A stretch of DNA of 64,000 nucleotides from NCBI GenBank assembly GCA_963681965.1, contig OY820579.1, positions 4,096,001 through 4,160,000 on the forward strand, read 5' to 3'. The notes beneath the pieces were generated by a model. The model had not been told where the DNA came from. It ran no database searches and worked only from the letters and a program-made list of their open reading frames with translations. A program made the translations under genes and the position numbers. Position 1 is the first letter of the stretch; every line of letters starts with the position of its first letter. Source of the stretch: a bacterium. GTDB lineage: Bacteria > Electryoneota > JAOADG01. Below, piece after piece: positions 29,348-39,105 of this stretch.

Positions 29348-29371
29348 CGTTCGCTCGTTTTCAACTTACTT

Positions 29372-29468
29372 GGAGGTGGGACTTCAGTCCCGCCTTCTTT
29401 TCGTTGGCAGCGCAAGCTTCCAAGCCTGCGATTTCATTTTTCTATATGGGCGTATTGCCGCCCCTTCG
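29372..29468. repeat. Degenerate REP cluster
   Basis: Palindromes gggacttcagtccc, gcgcaagcttccaagcctgcg and gggcgtattgccgccccc in one intergenic gap. Confidence 0.5.
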
Positions 29469-29474
29469 GAAAAA

Positions 29475-30068
29475 TTATTTTCCGGAATTCAACTTGCGTA
29501 GTTCCTGACCGAGCAAATAGCTGTCGCGAAAACCCTGCTTGATCGACAATTCCAATTCGGCATCGTCGACATAATCCTTGCCTTCGAGAAACACCGTAAT
29601 CGTCTTCCGGGTATTCTTCGCAATCTTCGAAACAATCCCATCGGCATCGTTGAACCGGATCGATTCGCGCACCCCGACTTCACCCAACGGTTCGTAGCGA
29701 TACGCCGGATCGGTCTCCGGCATCCGTCGCGTTTGCAGCGTATCGGTATCGACTACCAACACGGCACGATCGTGATAAATTCGTTCGTCGCCGCTATACA
29801 CGGAAATCAAATCGTAATGACCGTCCAGCTTCACTGCGATATACAATCCGGTTTCATTCAGCCACGAGAATGCGAGATTGTTGTGCCGGAATTCGATACT
29901 GCCATCGTCCAATTTGAATGTCTGGAAATATTGCAGCATCGAATCGATTTTCGCATTCGACTTCGGCAACACTTGCGCTACCGCAGTCGACGCCGCCATC
30001 GTCGCCGAAATCAAGCACACCATTACCAACCATTTCATCGCTCGCATCGCATATCTCTCAAAAATCAT
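29475..30068 (-). CDS. Hypothetical exported protein
   Basis: Signal peptide MKWLVMVCLISATMAASTAVA-Q; starts 2 bp after the NuoF-like stop codon. Confidence 0.7.
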   Translation of the reverse strand: MIFERYAMRAMKWLVMVCLISATMAASTAVAQVLPKSNAKIDSMLQYFQTFKLDDGSIEFRHNNLAFSWLNETGLYIAVKLDGHYDLISVYSGDERIYHDRAVLVVDTDTLQTRRMPETDPAYRYEPLGEVGVRESIRFNDADGIVSKIAKNTRKTITVFLEGKDYVDDAELELSIKQGFRDSYLLGQELRKLNSGK

Positions 30069-30070
30069 CG

Positions 30071-31972
30071 CTATTGAACTACTACCGCACTGACTTTATC
30101 CGGGCAGACCGTGTAACAGATACCGCACTTGTCGCACTTCGCCGGATCGATCACATGCACCTTCTTGAATTCGCCGGTAATCGCTTGTTGCGGACACGCT
30201 TTGCCGCAGAGTAGACAGCCGGTACACTTGTCGGCATCGATCGAATAGGTAATCAAACTGCGGCAGACACCCGCCGGACACTTCTTCTCTTTGACGTGCA
30301 CTTCCCACTCTTCGCGGAAGAATTTCAACGTCGAGAGCACCGGATTCGCGGCATCCATCCCGAGCGAGCAGAGCGATCCGAGCTTCATCGCGCGGCAGAC
30401 CCGCTCGATCTGCGGGATTGTCGTATCGTCGGCGTTCCCGTCGCACACCAGTTGCACGAGGTGATAAAGTTGACGCAGTCCTTCGCGGCACGGCGTACAC
30501 TTGCCACAGCTTTCTTCCAGCAGGAAGTGAACAAAGTACTTCGCAATGTCAACCATACAATTCCGGTTGTCCATCACGATCATACCACCGGAACCCATCA
30601 TCGATCCGTTCGCAGTCAGCGTATCGAAATCGACCGGCACATCGAGCAGCGATTCCGGAATACAGCCGCCGGACGGACCGCCGGTCTGCACCGCTTTGAA
30701 CGGCTTGTCGCCGATAATGCCACCGCCAATATCGAAGATGATCGTGCGGAGCGTCGTACCCATTTCGACTTCGACCAAGCCGGTATTTTTCACTTTACCG
30801 ACCAGCGAAAATGCTTTGGTGCCGGGTGATTTTTTAGTACCCTTGTTAGCGAACCATTCGTAGCCATTTTCGAGAATCGGCGGTACGCACGCCCAGGTTT
30901 CGACATTGTTCAGTACGGTTGGCTTGTCGTAAAGACCTTTGATGACGCTGCGGGTATATTTTGCACGCGGTTCGCCGATCTTGCCCTCGATCGAGCGCAT
31001 CAACGCCGTGGATTCACCGCAAACAAATGCGCCGCCGCCGCGGGAGATCGTCACTTTGAAACTGAAATTCGGTTTGCCCAGAATATTGTCGCCCAGCAAT
31101 CCCGCCGCTTCGAGGGCATCGATTGCACGTTGCATTCGTTTCACTGCAAGCGGGTATTCTTTGCGGACATAAATAAATCCGCGCGAACCACCGAGTGCCC
31201 ATGCCGCAATCGTCATTCCTTCCAAGACTTTGAACGGATCGCCTTCCATGATCGAGCGATCCATGAAGGCACCCGGATCGCCTTCGTCGCCGTTGCAGAG
31301 GATGTACGGGCTACCGGCATCCATGGCAGATTTCCACTTGCGACCGGTGGAGAATCCGGCACCACCGCGTCCGCGCAAACCACTCTTGGTCATTTGATCG
31401 ACAATGGTTTTACCGTCGAGTGCAAAGGCGTTGAGTAATCCGTTGTACCCGCCATTGGCAAGATAGTCGTCGAGCGATTCGGGATCGACCACACCGCAAT
31501 TCTTCAATGCAATGCGATCCTGCTTCGCGTAAAATGCGATGTCGTTGCGTCCCTTGCAGCGGTTTCCCGTCAATGGATCTTTGAACAGGAGTTTTTCGTT
31601 GACTTCGGCTTTTCCGAGCAGCGCACTTACGATATCCGGCACATTCTTCAACTTCACTTGTTCGTAAAGAATGTCGTCGGGCAATACGTGCACCAGTGGT
31701 CCGACCTGACAGAAGCCGTGGCAACCGCTGGCGGAAAGATGCGTCACCGGATGCTTGCCGTTCTTGCTGTGCAGACAATCCTGCAATTCGGCAACGATGT
31801 TTACTTTGGCTTCTTTTAACTGCTTTTGAAGCTCTTCGAAAATTTCAAATGCGCCACCGGCAACACAGCCGGTACCGGCACAAACCACGATCCGCCGTCC
31901 CAATTTACCGTGAGCGGCAGCCATTTCGGTTTTACGCGCAATCAGTTGATCGATCGATTCGAAGCGGGTCAT
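30071..31972 (-). CDS. NADH-binding flavoprotein subunit, HydB/NuoF-like (BfuB-like)
   Basis: N-terminal [2Fe-2S] (CAGTGC...CHGFC), GLRGRGGAGF, NGDEGDPGAFMDR, SCGKCTPCREG...C, HVKEKKCPAGVC, and C-terminal 2x[4Fe-4S]. Confidence 0.94.
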   Translation of the reverse strand: MTRFESIDQLIARKTEMAAAHGKLGRRIVVCAGTGCVAGGAFEIFEELQKQLKEAKVNIVAELQDCLHSKNGKHPVTHLSASGCHGFCQVGPLVHVLPDDILYEQVKLKNVPDIVSALLGKAEVNEKLLFKDPLTGNRCKGRNDIAFYAKQDRIALKNCGVVDPESLDDYLANGGYNGLLNAFALDGKTIVDQMTKSGLRGRGGAGFSTGRKWKSAMDAGSPYILCNGDEGDPGAFMDRSIMEGDPFKVLEGMTIAAWALGGSRGFIYVRKEYPLAVKRMQRAIDALEAAGLLGDNILGKPNFSFKVTISRGGGAFVCGESTALMRSIEGKIGEPRAKYTRSVIKGLYDKPTVLNNVETWACVPPILENGYEWFANKGTKKSPGTKAFSLVGKVKNTGLVEVEMGTTLRTIIFDIGGGIIGDKPFKAVQTGGPSGGCIPESLLDVPVDFDTLTANGSMMGSGGMIVMDNRNCMVDIAKYFVHFLLEESCGKCTPCREGLRQLYHLVQLVCDGNADDTTIPQIERVCRAMKLGSLCSLGMDAANPVLSTLKFFREEWEVHVKEKKCPAGVCRSLITYSIDADKCTGCLLCGKACPQQAITGEFKKVHVIDPAKCDKCGICYTVCPDKVSAVVVQ

Positions 31973-32463
31973 TATTTCACCCCCTTCTTAAATAGCTTTT
32001 GTACTTTATCCGGCTGTACTTCCGGAAAATATTTCTCATCGACAATTACCACCGGCGCCATACCGCAGGCACCGACGCAATTGACGGTTTCGATGGTGTA
32101 TTCGAGATCGGGACGGGTGCCCGGTTCGGTCATGCCGGTTTCGCGATAGAGCGCTTCCAGCACCATCTGGGCATTGCGCACGTGACACGCGGTACCCATA
32201 CAGACTTTGATATTGATTCGACCCATCGGATCGAGCGAAAACGCTTTGTAAAATGTTCCGACCGCAAAAACTTTCGACTTCGGTACATCAAGCTGTTTTG
32301 CGACTTCCACCAAAACATCGCATGGCAGAAAACGGTACTCGTCTTGAACATCCTGCAGCACCATGATCAAGCTGGTTTCGTTGCGAGGATACTTCGCGAG
32401 AATCTTTTCCAATTTGGTGAAATCGTGTGCCGCCGGAGGCGTTTTGATATCGGCGTTGCTCAT
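31972..32463 (-). CDS. [2Fe-2S] thioredoxin-like subunit, HydC/NuoE-like (BfuC-like)
   Basis: VCMGTACHV and VNCVGACG, TFYKAF; overlaps both neighbours. Confidence 0.93.
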   Translation of the reverse strand: MSNADIKTPPAAHDFTKLEKILAKYPRNETSLIMVLQDVQDEYRFLPCDVLVEVAKQLDVPKSKVFAVGTFYKAFSLDPMGRINIKVCMGTACHVRNAQMVLEALYRETGMTEPGTRPDLEYTIETVNCVGACGMAPVVIVDEKYFPEVQPDKVQKLFKKGVK

Positions 32464-33029
32464 GCTACTGCCTCCACTTTCACTCGCGCTGCCGGTTCGG
32501 CAATCGCCTTGGCGCCACGCAGCAGTGCTGCGACGTTGACTTCAATGAATTTCGGTTTGGTTTGGAATTCGTGGCGGACGATCGCTTCGATGGTTTCCAT
32601 CTTCACGATTTTCGTCACACCGACGAATGCACCCAGTACGACCATATTCGGACCGCGGGGGTTATTCAATTCGTTGGCGATATGGTTGCAGGGGATCAGG
32701 TACTCTTCCAAATCGTCGCGACCGCTGGTGATCGGAATCAGCGAACTGTTGACCAGGCACAGACCACCCGCTGGAATCATCGGTGCGAATTTTTCGAGCG
32801 ACGGTCGGTTCATTGCCACCAGATTGCCCGGATTGTTCACCACCGGGCTGCCGATCGGATGATCCGCAATCACCACGGTGCAATAGGCAGTGCCACCGCG
32901 CATTTCGGGACCGTAGGAAGGAATCCAGACAACCTGTTTTCCCTCTTCCATTGCCGCTTCGGCAAGTAATTTGCCCGCCAGCATGATACCTTGACCGCCA
33001 AAACCGGCGAATTTTATTTCCATCTGCAT
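32460..33029 (-). CDS. 2-oxoacid:ferredoxin oxidoreductase gamma subunit
   Basis: AGFGGQGI, PSYGPEMRGG and NMVVLGA. Confidence 0.93.
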   Translation of the reverse strand: MQMEIKFAGFGGQGIMLAGKLLAEAAMEEGKQVVWIPSYGPEMRGGTAYCTVVIADHPIGSPVVNNPGNLVAMNRPSLEKFAPMIPAGGLCLVNSSLIPITSGRDDLEEYLIPCNHIANELNNPRGPNMVVLGAFVGVTKIVKMETIEAIVRHEFQTKPKFIEVNVAALLRGAKAIAEPAARVKVEAVA

Positions 33030-33123
33030 CGGAGAAATCCTCTTCTGCTTGTGTACCGCAAATAAAAGTTTGCGTGAATATTATACTCGAACCATCAAAC
33101 CCGTGATGAGACTCACGTCGGTT

Positions 33124-33873
33124 TTATTTCGTCGTCTCCGGCGTCTTCTTCACACCGGGTACGTAATACGGCTTCATATCGCTGGCGACCCATTCGCACG
33201 CGGCGCGCGGCGTCATGCCCCAGTTCGTCGGACAGGTCGACAATACTTCGACCAGCGAGAAACAGATGTTGTCGCGTTGATATTCGAATGCGCGCTTGAT
33301 CGCTGCTTTGGTTTCGATAATCCCTTTCGGGGTATCGACGGCGGTACGCGCGATGTATGCCGGAGTGCGCAACGTCGACAGCAATTCGCTCTCGCGAATC
33401 GGCCAACCGACATCGTCGACTTTTCGACCGAACGGCGACGTCGTGGTTACTTGTCCGGGCAACGTCGTCGGTGCCATCTGACCGCCGGTCATACCGTAGA
33501 TCGCATTATTTACGAAGATCGTGGTGAATTTCTCGCCGCGATTTGCTGCATGCAAAATCTCGTTGCCGCCGATCGATGCCAAGTCGCCGTCGCCCTGATA
33601 AGTGAAGACGATCAAGTCGGGTCGAGCGCGCTTCAGTCCGGTTGCAAATGCCGGTGCGCGACCGTGTGCCGCTTCCAGAAAATCGACATTGAAATAATTA
33701 TATGCCAACACCGAGCATCCGACTGGTGCCACGCCGACCGTACGTTCGCGTAAACCAAGTTCGTCCAGTACTTCGCCTACGAGCCGATGAATCACGCCAT
33801 GCGTACAACCGGGACAATAGTGCGTAATGGTCTCGGTCATCGCCTCGGTTCGTTGAAAAATCAGATCCGCCAT
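33124..33873 (-). CDS. 2-oxoacid:ferredoxin oxidoreductase beta (TPP-binding) subunit
   Basis: YCPGCTHG, PVGC, HGRA, GDGDLASIG, NNAIYGMTGGQ and CPTNW. Confidence 0.94.
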   Translation of the reverse strand: MADLIFQRTEAMTETITHYCPGCTHGVIHRLVGEVLDELGLRERTVGVAPVGCSVLAYNYFNVDFLEAAHGRAPAFATGLKRARPDLIVFTYQGDGDLASIGGNEILHAANRGEKFTTIFVNNAIYGMTGGQMAPTTLPGQVTTTSPFGRKVDDVGWPIRESELLSTLRTPAYIARTAVDTPKGIIETKAAIKRAFEYQRDNICFSLVEVLSTCPTNWGMTPRAACEWVASDMKPYYVPGVKKTPETTK

Positions 33874-33944
33874 TTTATCGCCTTTCCGGCAATTGCAGAT
33901 GGGTCAAGCGTTCGCGACCCGATCCTACAACCAATGATCTGTGA

Positions 33945-34997
33945 TTACAATAATTTCTTAATTTCTTCGACTACTTCTTCCGGTGCCGGTACTTGACCGC
34001 CTTGACGACCGTAGAAGTGAACCGGCTTCGTGCCTTCCATCGCCATGCGCACATCTTCGATCATTTGTCCATTCGACATTTCGATCGAAAGCAGCATCTT
34101 CGCACCGTCGCCGACTTTACGCAACTGTTGGTACGGGAACGGCCAGAGCGAAATCGGACGGAACAGACCGACTTCAATGCCGTCTTTTTTCAATTCGTCG
34201 ATGGCAGTCTTGCAGACCCGCGAGACCGTTCCAAAAGCGGTAATGACGATATCGCGCGGTTTGTCCAGATTGTAATATTCCCAGCGGCACTCGTTCGCTT
34301 CGATCTCAAGATATTTCTTGGCACGTTTCCGGTTCTCGACTTCCCCTTCGACGGGGTCGAGGAACAGGGTTCGCACTAGATGCGGTTTTCGACCTTTAGC
34401 GCCAGTAGTTGCCCAATCGCTTTTATCGGTCGGATGCGGCGGCGGTACATTGTCGAAATCGACCGGTTCCATCATCTGACCGATGAGACCATCCGCCATC
34501 AACGTGACTGTATTACGATATTTGTCGGCTAGTTCGAATGCCAACATCATCAGATCGACCGATTCCTGAACGGTAGCCGGAGCAAGTACGATCACTTTAA
34601 AATCGCCATGTCCCAAACCGCGGGTCATCATCATGTAGTCGCCCTGCGACGGCAGAATACCGCCCAATCCCGGACCGGCGCGACAGACATTGACGATCAC
34701 CACCGGCAAATTGGCAGCGGTGATATAGGAAATCGCTTCGGACATCAGTGCGATACCGGGCGAACTGGAAGTTGTAAACGTGCGTTCACCGGTGGAAGCC
34801 GCGCCAAATAGCGCATTCGATGCGGCAACTTCACTCTCCATTTGAAGGAACACACCGTTCACTTCCGGCAGACGGCGGACGAGATATTCGGAGACTTCAG
34901 TCTGGGGAGTAATCGGATACGCAAAAAAGCGAATGGCACCCGCACGGATAGCGGCTTCGCCGAGTGCTTCGTTCCCTTTCATCAGTACTTTGCTCAT
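33945..34997 (-). CDS. vorB: 2-oxoacid:ferredoxin oxidoreductase alpha subunit (VorB-type)
   Basis: MKGNEA, YPITPQTE, ESEVA, TSSSPG, RAGPGLG and EMSNGQM. Start placed at MSKVLM (ATGA overlap with the delta subunit). Confidence 0.9.
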   Translation of the reverse strand: MSKVLMKGNEALGEAAIRAGAIRFFAYPITPQTEVSEYLVRRLPEVNGVFLQMESEVAASNALFGAASTGERTFTTSSSPGIALMSEAISYITAANLPVVIVNVCRAGPGLGGILPSQGDYMMMTRGLGHGDFKVIVLAPATVQESVDLMMLAFELADKYRNTVTLMADGLIGQMMEPVDFDNVPPPHPTDKSDWATTGAKGRKPHLVRTLFLDPVEGEVENRKRAKKYLEIEANECRWEYYNLDKPRDIVITAFGTVSRVCKTAIDELKKDGIEVGLFRPISLWPFPYQQLRKVGDGAKMLLSIEMSNGQMIEDVRMAMEGTKPVHFYGRQGGQVPAPEEVVEEIKKLL

Positions 34998-35251
34998 TTC
35001 GTCACCCCCTTCGTTACAGTTGCATCGAAGAAGCGATAGACGACGGCATTGGCACCGATCGAGATTGCCAGATCCGGACAGGAAATCGCGCAAAGGGTAC
35101 AACCGATACAGCGTGGCTGATCGAATACTTCCGCGAAGAAGTACCCTTTGATGTTGATCTGACGCGACATCCGAATAATCTGTTGCGGACAGGCGCGCGC
35201 ACAAAGTTCGCACCCTTTACAACGATTTGGTTCAATATTTACACGGGGCAT
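34994..35251 (-). CDS. 2x[4Fe-4S] ferredoxin (OFOR delta subunit)
   Basis: CKGCELCARACP and CIGCTLCAISCPD; ggag RBS before MPRVN. Confidence 0.92.
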   Translation of the reverse strand: MPRVNIEPNRCKGCELCARACPQQIIRMSRQINIKGYFFAEVFDQPRCIGCTLCAISCPDLAISIGANAVVYRFFDATVTKGVTK

Positions 35252-35394
35252 ATTAACTCCGGTCATGGGTCGGTGAATCGCGACCCATCGCTGTCACCAG
35301 CCATTAGGCACTATGATAAGCACCTATTCGTTCCAAATTGGAACCTTTTTAAATCGAATAACAACCGCGGACGATGATTGAATCGCACCGCAGC

Positions 35395-36150
35395 TTACGT
35401 TTTTTGTGCCGCTGCCGCGCGAGCAAACCCGTCACGTGCATGCGTGACCTGCCGAATATTGATTCCCAACTTCCATGGTGGCAATAACATCCGAACGATC
35501 GGCAGGATCGGGAAATCGGCGGAAACCATTAACGGGTGATCCAGAAATTCATGGTTGACTGCGGCAAAGGCAAATTTCACCCCTTTCGCAACGGCGACGG
35601 TACGGGCAAACTCAATACCGTCCAATACCATTGTCGGGGTGGTTTCGTCCATCAAATGCGTGTTGGCGACAATCGCCGTCACTTTCATTCTTGAACTCCC
35701 TTCCACCTCGCTGATGAGCTGCAATGCGCCATCGACGGTTCCGGTGAAGGGTCGGTTTTTGTTTAGAACAAAAAACATTTCGTAGCGATTTCGGGCAAAA
35801 CTCTTGACTAATCCCGATAATACCGTCGCGCCCACACTATCGCCGCCGACATCCATAATCGAGATGCCTTGCGGTTGTTCGATGATTCCTCGGACTGTAG
35901 GTAGGAGAATCGGTAAATCGGCGCTGTGGTACTCCCCTTCCGGGGCAATAACTTCCACACCCAGCGCTTCCAGGGGATCGCGGGCTTCACGACAGCGAAA
36001 ATAAGGGTTGACTAAGTCAAGGTCGGCGATTTTAGTGATGACACCCGAACGCGCAAAGTGTGCGGCGTAATTGACTGCAACTTCAGTTTTACCACTACCG
36101 TAATTTCCAGTGAACAAAACCACAGGTGCGAAGGGAATGGACAAAAGCAT
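35395..36150 (-). CDS. P-loop NTPase (MinD/CbiA-like) upstream of the OFOR operon
   Basis: Walker A GNYGSGKTE, DLDLVNPYFR, DVGGD..GA and NRPFT. Start placed at MLLSIPF. Confidence 0.82.
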   Translation of the reverse strand: MLLSIPFAPVVLFTGNYGSGKTEVAVNYAAHFARSGVITKIADLDLVNPYFRCREARDPLEALGVEVIAPEGEYHSADLPILLPTVRGIIEQPQGISIMDVGGDSVGATVLSGLVKSFARNRYEMFFVLNKNRPFTGTVDGALQLISEVEGSSRMKVTAIVANTHLMDETTPTMVLDGIEFARTVAVAKGVKFAFAAVNHEFLDHPLMVSADFPILPIVRMLLPPWKLGINIRQVTHARDGFARAAAAQKT

Positions 36151-36420
36151 CAACGCCTCGGAAAAACAACGGTTCTGAGGAATAACTGCGGAAACCGTGA
36201 CGATGAGGAGAAGCCAACAATGATAGGTGATCGACAACCCGGCAAACCGAGTTGGATCGAGGTTTTTCAATGACTTCAATCCCCGAACGAGCATAATATA
36301 GGGAACTCAATTCAGCGATGCAATCGAGAAAATATTGCTAAATTTCCGAAAACAATGCAAGATTTCCGCGAATTATTTGTACATTAATCGAAATGTGAAA
36401 CTTCGATTATACTGGCTATA

Positions 36421-36630
36421 ATGCGTCTTATTCTGCGAATTCTGATCAAAATTTACCGCTATACCCTTTCACCACTTCTCGGCGGACAGTGTCGGTTTCA
36501 CCCATCGTGCAGTGTCTATGCCGAACACGCCATCATCAAGCACGGCGCGTGGAAGGGCAGCAAACTCGCCCTGATTCGCTTGCTCAAGTGCGGTCCGTGG
36601 CACCCCGGCGGGTTCGACCCGGTTCCGTAA
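36421..36630 (+). CDS. yidD: Membrane protein insertion efficiency factor
   Basis: [24 protein letters not shown] and [14 protein letters not shown]. Confidence 0.95.
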   Translation: MRLILRILIKIYRYTLSPLLGGQCRFHPSCSVYAEHAIIKHGAWKGSKLALIRLLKCGPWHPGGFDPVP

Positions 36631-36641
36631 AGAGCGTGCAG

Positions 36642-36827
36642 CTCGAAAATTAGTTGTGATCGATAGTAGGGGCGGATCCCCGCATCCGCCTGCATCTTTT
36701 AATCCTTCTGGTGGCGCAGGCCTCCGAGCCTGCGATAATCCTTCTCGATATGCATTAAAATCGCTCGCGGTCAAATTTAAATTCGTGCAACCATCCGAGG
36801 ACGCGGGCGGTTCGCGCCCCCCCCTAC
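36642..36827. repeat. Partial nested-palindrome element plus additional REPs
   Basis: Left arm and REP ctcgaaaattagttgtgatcgatagtaggggcggatccccgcatccgcc; gcgcaggcctccgagcctgcg; and an inverted gggcggttcgcgccccccctac. Confidence 0.75.
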
Positions 36828-36961
36828 CAAAAGTGTAATGATAATTAACTAATACGATCGCAGTACTTCATTCAATCCTACCAGTGTCAAATCGAGACTT
36901 GCGACGATCAATCCGATTGATTAGTTTTGCCCCAATTTCAACACATTTCTGAAACGGGAGA

Positions 36962-37600
36962 ATGACCATGGAAGGGATCGGTGCACCGGAAAGTACCGGA
37001 CAGGGCAGATTTGAATTGCTGTGCGGGATCGTGATCACCCTATTTGCAGCACTTTTGGCAGTGACTGATCTGGGTGCCGGACGATTTGGCGACGATGAAT
37101 TGATTTCCTACAACGAAAAAGCGAACGCATATCAGTGGTTCAATTCGAAAGGGATCAAACAGACGCTGGTCGAAGGTCAACGCGACTTGTTACAATCGCT
37201 GCTCGACGCCAAAACGATCAATCCCGCCAATGAAGAAGCAATGAAAAAATACGTGACTCATCTTGAACAAGACATCGATAAATACAAGAAAGAGAAGAAA
37301 GAGATCTTACTCGGTTCCGCCAAGATCGGGCAGGAGAACTGGGTTCAAGATGTCGATGGGCAATTAGGGAAAGTTGTCGGGGCGAAAGAATGGGAATCAA
37401 AAAATCAAATTCTTGGTCAATCAGGAGATATATTCGACTACGCGTCGTTATTCCTGCAGATTTCGTTGGTGATCGGCGCGATAAGCATCGTTGTGCAATC
37501 CAAACGGATGAAGTACGCTTTCTTTACGATGATGTGCTGCTCGGGAATTACCGGAGTGATCTTTTCGGTGTTTGCATTTCGTATCGCCTTTAGTGTGTAG
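36962..37600 (+). CDS. DUF4337-like membrane protein
   Basis: N-terminal TM, A.QWFNSKGIKQ motif, coiled coil, and LFLQISLVIGAIS within two C-terminal TMs. Confidence 0.75.
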   Translation: MTMEGIGAPESTGQGRFELLCGIVITLFAALLAVTDLGAGRFGDDELISYNEKANAYQWFNSKGIKQTLVEGQRDLLQSLLDAKTINPANEEAMKKYVTHLEQDIDKYKKEKKEILLGSAKIGQENWVQDVDGQLGKVVGAKEWESKNQILGQSGDIFDYASLFLQISLVIGAISIVVQSKRMKYAFFTMMCCSGITGVIFSVFAFRIAFSV

Positions 37601-37601
37601 T

Positions 37602-37632
37602 AAAAAAAGGGTACGAGTCTGGACTCGTACCC
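37602..37632 (-). terminator. Terminator between convergent genes
   Basis: aaaaaaa-gggtacgagtc-tg-gactcgtaccc. Confidence 0.75.
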
Positions 37633-37655
37633 GAACTCTCGATATTCGTTTTTGC

Positions 37656-38702
37656 TCAGTCGCCGCGCAATTTCGAAACTGTTCGATCGTGCCGGATAAT
37701 ATCGTGCATCCATTGCGGGTAAGGGCGATACGGCTTGCTCAATTCGTCGAGTTTCGCCACTTCCCCGTCAGTCATCGTCCAATCTACCGCTTTAAGATTG
37801 TCCACTAATTGTTCAACCGATTTTGCACCGATAATAACTGATGCCACACCCGGTTTTCGCAACAGATAATTCAACGCGCCTTGGGCAACTGTCGCATCGT
37901 GAGCGGCAGCGATGCGATCCAATTCCTCGACAATCGGATACCCTTGATCATAGTTGATCGGGATGAAATTGTACTGCTCGGATGCTCTCCGTGCACCCTC
38001 CGGACCCTTCTCGCCGCGACGATATTTCCCGGTCAAGAAACCTCCACCGAGTGGCGACCATGGGGTAATACCGAGCCCCTGATCCAGACAGAGTGGAACC
38101 AACTCATTTTCCAGATCGCGCGAAATCAGCGAATAGAGCGCCTGCAATGAGACGAATTTCTCCAGATTCTGCCGTTCCGATGTCGCCAGCGCTTTCATCA
38201 GTTGCCAGCCGGCAAAATTGGAACAACCGAGATAGCGCACCTTTCCTTGCCGTACCAAATCATCCAAGGCGCGTAAGGTTTCTTCCAGTGGAGTGATGAA
38301 ATCGAAACTGTGGACGATGTAAAGATCGATGTGATCTGTGTTCAGCCGTCGGAGACTGTTTTCGCAACCGGTGAGAATGTGGTGGCGGCTTAGACCGACA
38401 TCATTGATCTCGGCACTCATACGACCGCGAACTTTCGTGGCAAGGACAATCTCGTTACGCCGGTCGTGCAAAGCCTTACCGAGAAACTCTTCTGCCATTC
38501 CGTACGAGTATACATCGGCGGTATCGAAAAAATTTACACCGGCATCGAGTGACAGATCGACGAGTCGCTTCGATGCTTGGTACTCCAATTCGCCAATTGT
38601 TTTCCAATACCCTCTACCCCCGAAAGTCATGGCACCGAAACAGAGTTCGGAAACCAATAACCCGGATTTTCCTAGTTGTCGATATTGCATTCTTCCTCCC
38701 AT
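37656..38702 (-). CDS. Aldo/keto reductase
   Basis: LGKSGLLVSELCFG, FDTADVYS, LATK, IDLYIVH, GKVRYLGCSN and WSPLGGG. Confidence 0.95.
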   Translation of the reverse strand: MGGRMQYRQLGKSGLLVSELCFGAMTFGGRGYWKTIGELEYQASKRLVDLSLDAGVNFFDTADVYSYGMAEEFLGKALHDRRNEIVLATKVRGRMSAEINDVGLSRHHILTGCENSLRRLNTDHIDLYIVHSFDFITPLEETLRALDDLVRQGKVRYLGCSNFAGWQLMKALATSERQNLEKFVSLQALYSLISRDLENELVPLCLDQGLGITPWSPLGGGFLTGKYRRGEKGPEGARRASEQYNFIPINYDQGYPIVEELDRIAAAHDATVAQGALNYLLRKPGVASVIIGAKSVEQLVDNLKAVDWTMTDGEVAKLDELSKPYRPYPQWMHDIIRHDRTVSKLRGD

Positions 38703-39105
38703 TGCTTAATCGTTCAATTGAAAATCAACAGAAAGATAACCAATCCTATCACGCTGTTCCAATGCAACCACCGAGAAACGCAATATGCATTGTGACTCGG
38801 AAATCCCAAAATCGAATCCAATCACTAAATTTTACCTAGAATGCTCATTTTTTACATATGGAGGATCCGAAAAAACGGAGTTGCTTTAACTAATATTCTA
38901 TATGGAAGTTATTGCTTCAGCTCTTGTTAATAAATTCTGAACGAGATTCTATACTTAAATATGAGTTCTTTGTGACAAAATTATTGAGTTTGTATTGAAT
39001 TATTCTTGCATGAACTCCAATGATATCATACATTATGTCGTATTTTACTACGTACTAACGTACTTCAAACGAACATCCGATTAATCTAACATCCCGGGAG
39101 GAATC

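Noticed and set aside
30071-32463. Respiratory complex I (nuoEF) or an [FeFe]-hydrogenase
   Set aside because: No membrane Nuo subunits and no H-cluster motifs are present, and the A-like subunit is only 250 aa.
33945-35213. Long N-terminal extension of the OFOR alpha ORF, and of the thiolase ORF from 46161
   Set aside because: The extensions overlap upstream genes in another frame; RBS-supported starts lie at 34997 and 46290.
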